A stretch of 64,000 nucleotides of DNA from Eledone cirrhosa (Eukaryota): positions 227,044,001 to 227,108,000 of the forward strand of contig OZ024741.1 in assembly GCA_964016885.1 (NCBI GenBank), written 5' to 3'. Positions 26,918 to 39,419 of this stretch are shown here, one piece after another; the first letter of the stretch is position 1; every line of letters begins with the position of its first letter. Both the position numbers and the translations under genes were made by a program. The notes beneath the pieces are model-generated. The model was not told where the DNA came from, did not search any database, and was given only the letters and a program-made list of their open reading frames with translations.

Positions 26918-27845
26918 TAACAACTAACAGTGCTGCGATCGAATGTGGCTTTTTAGCCCAGCCAATGATCTACAATGTCTTGCACAGAGTCAGCAACCAA
27001 AACATTCACTGGGGATAGCCGGCTGTGGTTGGAGTTCGTGTACTTTTGCATGTCGCTTGAGCCCTCCTGCTGATTTACATTCTCTACCACATACTTGGCA
27101 AGCATGATGAGTAGCATCTCCAACAGCAGCCTGGTAGTCAACCACTGGTCTTACTTTGTGACTGCGAAGATGACTTTCGAGTCCAGCTTTGCTTAGGCAG
27201 AGTCTCGCACAGACGCTGCATGTCAGCACCATAGGAGGACCCTCGCCGTCTGGAAGTGCAACAGCAATGCCCTTGCTCACATCCCGCTTTACTTTCTCGT
27301 GTGCGATTCGAGATGCCTCAAAGGCAACTTTTCCCTCATATACAGTCTTTCTCCATTTATTACGATCAGCAGCAATATTTTCCCATGTATCAGCAGAGAT
27401 GTTAGCGTCTTTCAGAGAGGCTTTCAAGGAATCCTTATACCTCTCTTTTGGTTTATGTGGCGGTCGTTTTCCTTCAACCAACTCTCCATAGAAGAGTTGT
27501 TTTGGTATTCTAGAATCCTTCATCCTGGCAAGGTGACCACTCCAACGGAGTCGTTGCTTAAGCACAAGAGCTTCTATACTGTCACACATAGAGCTTTCCA
27601 AAATCTTGACATCACTGATGTGGTCCCTCCAGTGAACGCCATGGATCCGTCTGAGACACATCTGATGGAAACGCTCCAATTGCTTAAGGTGGTGTCGATA
27701 TGTGACCCAGGTCTCGCAGGCATAAAGAAGACAAGAGAGTACACATGCCCTGTACACCTTTACCTTTGTCCTCCTGCATATGTCTCGCCGACCCCAGAGT
27801 CGCCTTTCTAGCTTTCCGAAAGCATCACTTGCTTTCCTAATCCTA
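26918..27845 (-). mobile_element. RTE-clade LINE 3' fragment with three C2H2 zinc fingers
   Basis: LLYACETW, RLRWSGHLARM, PKQLFYGEL, then three C-x2-C-x12-H fingers. Confidence 0.9.
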
Positions 27846-27858
27846 CATACATACATAG

Positions 27859-27904
<46 letters not shown>

Positions 27905-27959
27905 TCATACATACACATACATACATTATATGCATACATACACACATACATACATTGCA

Positions 27960-28580
27960 ATCCGTAGAAAAGATAGCCCCGATAATAAACACATTAAAAG
28001 CTACAGCAATGTGGAAGACATCCATATACATAATATGAAAGAGTACTGCTGGAATGTTCCAGTAAAAAAAAACAATAAAATGCAGCCATAACAGACCAGA
28101 TATTATGATATGGGACAGGGAACAGAAGACATGCACAGTAGTGGAAATTAGCTGCCCAGCAGATGCCAATATAATTTCAAAGATTAATGAAAAGGAGAAT
28201 ATTTATGCAGAACTGATGAGAAATCTGCAGATACTCCACCCTTATTACACCTTCAGATTTATGCCTGTGATTATTGGGGCACTGGGGTATGTTAGTAACT
28301 GCCTCAATACAAATCTTGAGAAGCTAGGCTTCACAGGAACAGAAAGAATACTAGTTAGGAAATTACAAGTAAAATCCATATTAACATCATACGAGACCCG
28401 AATAGTAACACTGAAGCAACATCTTCAGCAGAAGAAAAAGGTCAGCAACCATCTTGCCGAGGTCTATGCGCATGAAGGAAATAATATTATTAGGATAGCC
28501 ACTGATCTGGAGGATGGACATGGAATAAGGCTTGATATAAATCTCTCTCCCAGGGAAAGAGATTGGATCAATAGATCGTA
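27960..28580 (+). mobile_element. RLE-domain fragment of an R4/Dong-related element
   Basis: WNVPV, HNRPDIMIWD, VEISCP, EKENIY, PVIIGALG. Confidence 0.75.
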
Positions 28581-28939
28581 ATGTATTAAGCATAAAGCAC
28601 TCAACGTCATGTATCTTCTATCGTAGATTTGGTATTTTCTGGCTGGTACAGTAACGGATTTAAATACTTTAAGGAAAAACATGAGGAGTCCAGATTCCAT
28701 TAACTTCCTTTATTGTTGCCTAATACGTATTTCCGTAACCGATCAATCGCTGTTATCAAGCCATGACTTAAAACAATTGGCGGTGACACCAGATGATATG
28801 AGCCTAATAGATTTAATTAAGTAATCCTTACTGGAGCACATTAAAATAAGAACAAAAACAACAGTAAAAGATTAATGATATGGAGACAGCTGAACTAGCT
28901 ATGTTATCACTAGTACTGTTTCAAATTCTCCTAATGTTC

Positions 28940-29462
28940 TTAAGTAAACCACTTTTTGGTGGACAGAAATGTCTCTGCAAGCATCCTGTAAAATCTTGTA
29001 TATATGAATCCCTCCTCTGTAACTCTTAGTGTAAAGTCGAATAAAGAGAGGGATCCAGTAGTGTCTAGATGTTCAACCTCAAATTTTATGTGTGCATCAG
29101 TCAATGTTTTCAAAGATGTTGTAGATCTTGACGGGTTCTTCACGTGATGAAGTGAGCATATCTGGAGAAAATGGAGCAAGAGCGGCAGGTGGTGAATGAT
29201 GTGAGCTCCAGCTTGTTCATGTACGTGATGGTCAGCAGGTCTGAAAGACTCGATCCCATCGGAAGTCCTAAGATTTGTTTGTATACGAAGCCCTCAAACT
29301 AGAACAAGGTGTTGCACATGACGATAGGGAACAGTTCGCGGATGCCAGCAGCAGTGAGCCCAAAACAATCAAGGTCGGAATAAGTGATGATGTTGTCCGT
29401 AATTAAGTCGGTGGCCGAGGAGGCGGTGACAGAGGTGTAGAAGGAAACTACGTCTAAACTAT
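28940..29462 (-). mobile_element. Penelope-like RT fragment
   Basis: SLDVVSFYT, YKQILGLPMGSSLS, IKFEVE, LSLFDFT. Confidence 0.75.
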
Positions 29463-29629
29463 ATGGGTATTTATCTGTCTTTCACACACACTCTCTTTCT
29501 CACTGCATTTCTCTCTCAACAGTATGGGGGAAAATATTTCGGTTTACAAGCATTTCGGGTGGCGAACGGTCTTCAGCAACGAATTAAGATGGTGAACAGA
29601 GGGTCCACTGTATGTATATATATCTATAT

Positions 29630-29729
<100 letters not shown>

Positions 29730-30279
29730 TATATTATATTATACTGTTTTATATAGAAATTATTTCTACGGGGACTAAAGCTGTTTCATTTGAAGTCACC
29801 TCTATATAAAACAAAGATGCTTATACCCTAACAATGTATTGAATACCTTCTTTAACTGTGGCTACCTTACGTTCCCCTTCGGAAATCTACCTATTACATA
29901 TATACCGGTATATATACAAGTGGAAGCTTAGTAACATCGAAGCTTTGGCTGTGGCCAAGCAAACGAGCTACAATTAGGAATGAGCAGCAAAACACTCAAT
30001 AAGGTCGGGCCTTAGAGTAATAAGATACGTTTAGACAGCTTGACAAATTGAAAATTGCGGCAGGCAGACCTAGCCACATAATACCAAAAACAACGAAGAA
30101 ACCAATCAGGTTAAACAACTGATCTGGAGATATCGAACGATATTTTGCAATACGTTCGATAGATTTCTATGAATCCGAAATCATCCATCCAGCTTACGTA
30201 ACATGCAAGCCTGTGTTATTCCATGATCGAACAAGGATTCACGTTGTCAACAGGAAATTTCATTCTATGCCCCAAGTCG

Positions 30280-30600
<321 letters not shown>

Positions 30601-31384
30601 TATATATTCGCCGTGTGCTCCTAGAGAGAGCAATATATATATACATGTGAGTATAAGTGTGTTTGAGTGCGTGTGTAATGATATGTTTTACGAAATGACT
30701 AGTAGGATTGGGATTTCAAAATATGTTCTGTCTTAATACGAAGCTACCGCAATGTGTAAATTTCACCATAAGATAGTTGGAAATAAATTGAGATATATCC
30801 CACTTTATGCGGAAATAAATTGAGATATAGCCCACTTTATGCAGAAATATAACACTATTTAGAATAAAGTAAACGGAATCACCTGCGAGAATCTGATCAA
30901 ATATCTGCCTATGCCTGAAAGCTATGTTAACCACTAAACTAAAACGATCCTACTATCCTTGGTCGCCACTTCTAAAGCTGTTAATATACCAACTATAGTG
31001 TTTAATATTGAAATATCTCAACTATTTCATAGTTAAAATTATACATGTGGTAGCATTTAATAAATGAAAAACACATTCTGAAATTCCAATCGTACTATCC
31101 AAATCGTAAAACATTTCATACATTCAGTCTAGAGATCATTTACATGTATATCTGTTTACATTTTTTTCCAATAAAAAGCCTGAAAATAAATTGAAAATGA
31201 ATTTCATTTAAAAAACGATTTCTTTTATCATTTTAGAATTACAATGAGTTGTTTGAAAATGAACATGAATCTTCGATGTACTGCTGTTTTTCTCTGAATA
31301 TGTTGTCATATCACCAATTTGCCTTTCGATCAATATGCTTCCGACCAATGTATTCCATACCTAATCCTTTTTCTTATATAAATG

Positions 31385-31850
31385 AATGACCCCCTCTCAT
31401 TTCTCTCTCCCCTACCTGACCACCCTGAATTACCTCGCCTTGCATATTAACTATCTAAAAAGGGAAATCATATCCAACCCCAGACTACCATTTGCCTCCA
31501 TGATGGATCAACTAAGCACTCTTGCCATAACACATTTTGAACTGCTTATCCTCAAGAACTATGCCTGTAAATAATATTATTTTTTCTTTTCCATTACTTA
31601 TCATGTTCCACATTACCCCCTGTTTTTTATTTTTTATTTTCACTTCAAAAACCTTGTTTGTAAATAACATTATTCTTTCTTCACCATTTCCTTAACATGT
31701 TCAACATCACCAACATTTTACACCAATACAAATTCCCCCCTTTGATAATGCATACAATGCTGAAACCGGTAATAGACAATTATTAAATATATAAATAAAT
31801 AAATAAATAAATGCTATTGTTAATTAATAAATAAATTAACTAATACCTCA
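31385..31850 (+). mobile_element. Probable PLE 3' end with a degenerate hammerhead at 31741-31772
   Basis: LALHINYLK-type ORF end; TTGATAA-t-gcat/aca/atgc-t-GAAA-ccgg-TA. Confidence 0.55.
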
Positions 31851-31967
31851 ACACTTCACACAAAGTAAAATATTTTGTTTTAAATATTTTCTAACCCAGA
31901 AAAAAGAGAAAAAAATAAAAGGGAAAAAAAAATATTTTCTTCCTAATAATCGTCTTTTTCTCCCTAT

Positions 31968-32003
<36 letters not shown>

Positions 32004-32116
32004 CAACTCGTGTGCTCCTTCTCCACATTTTATTATTATTATTATAATTATATATATATATATATATATAAATAAATACATATATAAATAAATACATATA
32101 TAAATATATATATATG

Positions 32117-32187
<71 letters not shown>

Positions 32188-32193
32188 ATAAAT

Positions 32194-32261
<68 letters not shown>

Positions 32262-32310
32262 TGGTTTGTGCGTGTATACATACATATATGTATATACATA
32301 CATATATATA

Positions 32311-33311
32311 CTGATTAATGTTCAGAGCCATCCTCAGCATTCTCGTGTAGCACCCATCCACCATCTGAGTGAGTTTCTTGGTCAGTGTCCAAGTCTCAGA
32401 CTCCACTACAGCAATGAAGAGGCAGATTTTCAGGTCTTTACGAAGGTCCGACTTCCACAGTGATCTCAAGCTGTGGCACGCCGCCCAGGCTTTGCTCTTC
32501 CTCTCAACCACATCATCTTCCGTATTCTCAATCTTTGCTCCCAAATACAGGAAGCCCTCAATCAATTCTAGCGGCTTCCTGCCTAGATTAGTGATCCCCT
32601 CTGGCTTCTCAACATTCTCTACCAGATATTTTGTTTTAGTCTCATTCATTCTCAGCCCCACACTCATCGACACAGTCTCAACCTCCCGCATCAAATCCTC
32701 TGCCTCCTTCACTGTATTTGTCACCAAAACTATGTCGTCGGCAAATTCAGCATCCGATACCTTTTTTGCCTTAACTCTCCTGCTCTGAGCCGGTGCTACA
32801 GTAAAGCCAGAGTTCTGGTGTTTCTCCAGTGCAAGGCGCATACAATAGTCCACTACAATGATAAAAAGGTAGGAAGCCAATGTATCTCCCTGGAGCACTC
32901 CAGCCAGTATCTCAAAGAACTCTGTCATCCCATCAGGTGTAATGACTTGGGCTTTGGTGTTGGTGTAGAGCAGTGATATCAGGTCCACTATCTTCTTGGG
33001 GATTCCATTCACTGAGGATGAAAAACTCAGAACTGTATGGGAGTCTCCCAAAAGTCAGCTCAAAAGTGACACAGAGGAGACTGAGGTTAGCTGGACATGC
33101 TCACCGACATCCAGAGTTGACATTGCACTCAGTGCTCCTGTGGGAGCCCCTACATGGACACACTAGAAGAGGAAGACCAAGGTTAACGTATGTTGATGCC
33201 CTAAGGACAGACACTGGTCTGTTGGAGACGCAGGACATGGCAGCGATAATGAGGGACAGAGACCGCTGGAGAGAACTCGTCCATGGATCTCGGGAATTTT
33301 ACCCGCCTTAG
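32311..33311. mobile_element. RTE-like LINE insertion with 5' inversion
   Basis: RT on minus strand (GVLQGDTL, FADD) at 32311-33007; C-terminus on plus strand (RRLRLAGH, GRPR) at 33007-33311. Confidence 0.88.
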
Positions 33312-33315
33312 ATAG

Positions 33316-33363
<48 letters not shown>

Positions 33364-35394
33364 TGTGTTTTGGTTGAGGTATATATATATATTGTGTTTT
33401 GGTTGGCGTACGTCTGTGTACATATGTGTATTTACATGTAGGTATGTGTGTACGCGTTATATACGTATTTATGTGTGTATATTTATATACGTTTATACAA
33501 TTATATGTATACACGCACACACACACACATGTATATATATATTTTTATATATATTTTTATGTGTATTTGGTGTATACGTTCGTATGTGTGCGGGTACAGG
33601 CGTTGCGTGGGTTCTGTATGTACGTGCGTGTTTTTTTTTCTTTGTGTACGTGCTTGTATTTGCATACCCATTGCGGGTGTTTTCGCGTATGCTTGTGTAT
33701 GTACGTATATGGATGCGTGCATGTATATATTTAATTTCCATTACCTCTGTAATTTATTTACTTTATTCTTAACTCTGAAGCCGAGAATCATTCGGTTTCC
33801 TAGTTAGAATTTTAGTCTGCGACTTAAGTTATACCGTTTACGTCGTTTTGTCTTTGCGTGTAATTGTTCTCAACGCTCCACATAAAGACGTATTATCTCC
33901 GTGTTTTCCGTTCATTGCCAGAGAACGTCTCCACCAACCACCTAATAGAATATTAGTCTACGACTTCATTTATACCATAAACGTAGTTTTGTCTTTGCGT
34001 GTAATTGTTTTCATCGCTCCAAATAATTGTTTCTACTTTTGGCACAAGGCCAGCAATTACCCAGTACATTACTGGTACTTTATTTTATCGACCCCGTAAG
34101 ATTGAAAGGCAAAGTTAACCTCGGCGGGATTTGAACTCAGAATGGCAAGGGCCGTAACTCCAAATAATGACGTATTATTTTCGTTTTTATCCGTTCTTTG
34201 TCAGGGAACGTTTCCACGAACCAAAGTATCGTCTTCCTGTCTTCCTTCGGCTGCAACGTTTTTTGAAATATTTACTTCTGCGTTCACAGATAGATTTTTT
34301 TAGTTTCAGAAGATCCCGTTAAGGGTGAAAGCAGCGATTCTTTGCTTAAACTTTAATCTGTTATTTTAATAAATATATATATATACATACACACACACAC
34401 ACACAATAGTATACATACATATACATGCCTATATATTTATATATGTAGACACATACGTATACGGAAACACATGTATACAATTTCAGACAATCTATTAATA
34501 TATGCACCTATGTACCTATTATAAAGTTACGTAGACAGATATACATCCTCTTATCTGAACGGAGAAATATAAAAATATGAGTATTTATTTCTATTTTAAT
34601 TTTAAATTTATTTTTACATTTTTATTTATATTTTTACTTTTATGTTCATTTTTTTATATTTTGTATTTATTCTATTTCGTTTCATTACTTTATATCACAT
34701 ATCTTTCATTTTTACATTATTTTACATTTTATCATTTTCCATTTTATTTTATTCATCTATATCATATTTGATTTATATATTTCTCAGTTTATTTGAATGA
34801 TATTATTCCGAACTGTATTTTTTATAACCTTATTTATCATATCATATCATATATTGTCCATTTTATATTTTCCTTTCTATATTTCTATTTTAAATTTCTA
34901 TTTTATGTCCAAGTTTTTCAACCTTTTTTACATTTACAATTTTCAAACACGTCTTAGACGCCATTTATTTATCTCGTTTTACATTCATACACTGAAAGCA
35001 TATGTCTCCTTTTTCCGCAAACAACATATTTCTATCTACCAACATAGATATGATTCAACGTTAGTAGCAAGTTAATTAAGTCAGTTATAGGCTCCATTCA
35101 TACTAACCTATCTCGCCTCTGCCCCTTACAACCTCCTAATTCGTACATTTACTCACATTACCTCTAAATATTAGAATTTTCTCTTTACGTAGCTACTGGC
35201 ATTCTACCTTCGCTTTACCAACTTACTTGTTTACACGCATGTTTCAATCTTTCTACACAGACAAGGAGATATATGACTACGTACATATGTGTCCGTAGGT
35301 ATAAGAGTGCATGTGTATATGTGTCCTTATATGTACGTGTCTTAAAAATATGGAACATGCACCAGTCCACTAGATTTAACATGGTCAGCTGTAA

Positions 35395-35720
35395 AAAAGG
35401 TAAAGACACCCTTCGGTCACAAATGACCATGGGATTTGCACCTAGAAAGTTTCAACTCCGAGGCACAAGTCCGGGCAAAGTTGTTTGTGGAAGACCAGCA
35501 GTCGCCCATGCATACCAGCCTCCCCTCTCTACGCCACCGACGATGACCAAGGGAAAGGCAATGGCCGATACAGCTTGACACCAGTGTTGTCGCAACTCAT
35601 TTCTACAGCTGGAGCAACGTGCAATAAAGAGTCTTGCTCAAGGACACAACGCCTCACCCGGTCCGAGAATCGAACTCACAACCTTCCGATTGCAAGCCCA
35701 ATACTCTAACCACTAAGCCA
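35395..35720 (-). mobile_element. tRNA-derived CORE-type SINE
   Basis: Minus strand A-box TGGCTTAGTGG, B-box GAGTTCGATTC, 'gtgtccttgagcaagac' core. Confidence 0.8.
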
Positions 35721-36844
35721 TTTCTGACAACTATGCAAGGATCAAAAATACAACCCTATAAAATACTGCTGAAATGTCACCGAAACCGACGATCCCGAAA
35801 ATTATTGTCGGCCCATATTTTATGTATTTTGTGAAGCAGAACTTTGGATACAGAAATTGAATTTAACATTCAAAAAGCAGCCAAGTACTTTGGTTCTTAT
35901 TAAGGATCGTGGTCACAAAAACATATCTATGTCAGCAAAAAATAATTAGTCTGTCGTGCATTTGTACTATAGTCCTGTAGTTCATAGATGTATTCTTTGC
36001 AGGATGAATGATAAAAAGAATGATGCAAGAATTTTGATGTCGTTATCAACGTTTATTTTATAATAATAAAATTCACTTGTTGGTACATCAAATACTGAGT
36101 AATAAAATCGCGACAGTAATTATCACTACATTAATTTCTTACTAGCTACTTCGAGCTAGCGTAAATGCATATATCAAATAAAACAACACAGTAGAAGTTG
36201 TGTTGTATTTTACAGTAGTAGAGAAATGACAGGAAGGCGAAAGAATAGATACAGAGTAGTAGTAGGGAACAATATAAGTAAACCTACTGTGTGTGTGTGT
36301 GTGTTTATCCTTAGCATACGTGGTTCATGTAGTTGGTCAATCTGTCCAGCTTGGTAGTTGTGAGAGAATAGTAGGTAGAAAACTGTATTCGTGAAGAGAT
36401 ATTCATAGTTTTAGTAGAACGTTCTTCTGTAGCCTGTGTTATCACTATCTCTGTTGGTGCAGTGTGTGGCCGAGAAGGTGAGAGCATGTAAGACCATGAG
36501 AGAGAGTAAAAGGTCTGTAGACCCCTGTAGAAAGTGAATGTGTTACATCGTTATTCTCTCAAGGATTGCTGCTTCGTACCCTCTGGTTCGGTTCTCGAAG
36601 CGATTGTATTTATAATAATACTATAGCTAGAAGGATATGTATATGGTTTGATTTAGTAGTAGCCATGTGTGTTTCGTCTGTCAAGTGCCTGGGGTCAAGT
36701 GGTATATACATTTATCATAGTTGTCTTCTGACAGGACAATTCCTAACAATAGGTGGTTTTAGAGGCGAAAAATTTTGGATTCGATTTCGAATCTTCGCCA
36801 GGTAAAACATAGAATTCTGTTACACTCCCTTCTCTATTCGTCGG

Positions 36845-37520
36845 AAATATGGATTGTTTCCAACCACCACATAAAATCTTTAGAGCGCTTTCACCAAACG
36901 TGCCACCAATCAAATCCCTAGAATTAACTGGAAATTGTTTACAACAGATATAAATGTTTTAGAAATAGCAGGAGTCTCATTAATTCTCTCTGTGGTGGTT
37001 TCCAATCAGCTGAAGTGGACTGGCCCCTTAATACGGATGGGAGATGAGTGCAGATTTTTTAATGGTTTTTTAAGCAGATTGTTTTATGGTGAGCTATCAG
37101 TTCGGAAGCGGAAATAATACAAACCAAAACAATGGTATAAAGAACTACTAAATACCAGTGTTAAGGAATTGAATATACTATACAAAGTTGTTGAATCTAT
37201 TGCTATTGAGAAAAATAAATGGTGAAAAATCACCTGATCAGGATTAAAGCATTTAAAAACAAACAAAACAAAACAAACGAACGTAAGCAAAAATGATTTT
37301 AAAAAAAGAACTAGGGAAGAGTAATACTTTGCTAAACATAAAAATAGATTCGTCCTTCAGCAGCTCAACGTGTAGTAAAATTTGCCTTTCAGTGGCTGGC
37401 TTAATTTCAGATCTCAGAACTCATCATCATTCAGCTGGTCCAAATTAAACAAATTTAATTCCAGCAGATACACTCATATATCATATTTGTAATAAGACAT
37501 GGAAGTCGCGCCGGTCTAAA
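36845..37520 (+). mobile_element. Old RTE-clade 3' fragment
   Basis: LERFHQ, QLKWTG, LFYGEL, CSKICLSVAGLISDLRTH. Confidence 0.7.
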
Positions 37521-37626
37521 AAAGGAATATAAGTATTAAAAAAAAGAAAAAACAAGCTATTTATTGTTTAAATTTTAAACAATTACATTTTTTACAAATA
37601 TATTGCATATGTATATTAAGCATTTA

Positions 37627-39218
37627 TATAGACATCTATAATAAAGACATATAGACATCTATAATAAAGACATAAAGACATCTATAATAAAGACATATAG
37701 ATATCTATAATAAAGACATATAGACATCTATAATAAAGACATAAAGACATCTATAATAAAGACATATAGACATCTTTAATAAAGACATATAGACATCTAT
37801 AATAAAGACATATAGACATCTATAATAAAGACATATAGACATCTATAATAAAGACATATAGACATCTATAAGAAAGACATATAGACATCTATAATAAAGA
37901 CATATAGACATCTATAATAAAGACATATAGACATCTTTAATAAAGACATATAGACATCTATAATAAAGACATATAGACATCTATAATAAAGACATATAGA
38001 CATCTTTAATAAAGACATATAGACATCTATAATAAAGGCATATAGACATCTAAAATAAAGACATATAGACATCTATAATAAAGACATATAGACATCTATA
38101 ATAAAGACATATAGACATCTATAATAAAGACATATAGACATCTATAATAAAGACATATAGACATCTATAATAAAGACATATAGACATCTATAATAAAGAC
38201 ATATAGACATCTATAATAAAGACATATAGACATCTATAATAAAGACATATAGACATCTATAATAAAGACATATAGACATCTATAATAAAGACATAAAGAC
38301 ATCTATAATAAAGACATATAGACATCTATAATAAAGACATATAGACATCTATAATAAAGACATATAGACATCTTTAATAAAGACATATAGACATCTATAA
38401 TAAAGACATATAGACATCTATAATAAAGACATATAGACATCTATAATAAAGACATAAAGACATCTATAATAAAGACATATAGACATCTATAATAAATACA
38501 TATAGACATCTTTAATAAAGACATATAGACATCTATAATAAAGACATATAGACATCTATAATAAAGACATATAGACATCTATAATAAAGACATATAGACA
38601 TCTATAATAAAGACATATAGACATCTATAATAAAGGCATATAGACATCTTTAATAAAGACATATAGACATCTATAATAAAGACATATAGACATCTATAAT
38701 AAAGACATATAGACATCTATAATAAAGACATATAGACATCTATAATAAAGACATATAGACATCTATAATAAAGGTATATAGACATCTATAATAAAGACAT
38801 ATAGACATCTATAATAAAGACATATAGACATCTATAATAAAGACATATAGACATCTATAATAAAGACATATAGACATCTATAATAAAGGCATATAGACAT
38901 CTATAATAAAGACATATAGACATCTATAATAAAGACATATAGACATCTATAATAAAGACATATAGACATCTATAATAAAGGCATATAGACATCTATAATA
39001 AAGACATATAGACATCTATAATAAAGACATATAGACATCTATAATAAAGGCATATAGACATCTTTAATAAAGACATATAGACATCTATAATAAAGGCATA
39101 TAGACATCTATAATAAAGACATATAGACATCTATAATAAAGACATATAGACATCTATAATAAAGGCATATAGACATCTATAATAAAGGCATATAGACATC
39201 TTTAATAAAGACATCTAT
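37627..39218. repeat. 23-bp tandem array (GACATCTATAATAAAGACATATA)n, roughly 69 units
   Basis: Period 23 (37631 to 37654); few recurrent variants; no spacers. Confidence 0.95.
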
Positions 39219-39419
39219 GAGATTGTGTAGATTCTACACAATCTCATAGATGTCTTTATTCTTATTGGCAAAATCACATTCTTTTTACATCCATGTTACT
39301 AATGATAAACTAATATCATCATCATCATCATCATTGTTTAATGTCCACTTTCTCTGCTACTAAGGTTTGGATGTGTTATCACAAACTGATGGGGGGGGGG
39401 ACAAAAGTTTGAGAACCTC

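Noticed and set aside
34300-34345. CAGAAGA-ccc/ggg-GAAA as a functional hammerhead
   Set aside because: Position 4 is A and stem I is unconvincing; kept only as a pLTR-like fragment
35640-35720. tRNA gene
   Set aside because: A and B boxes belong to a SINE head; no cloverleaf
37627-39218. CRISPR-like array
   Set aside because: Contiguous repeats with no unique spacers, no cas genes and a eukaryotic context
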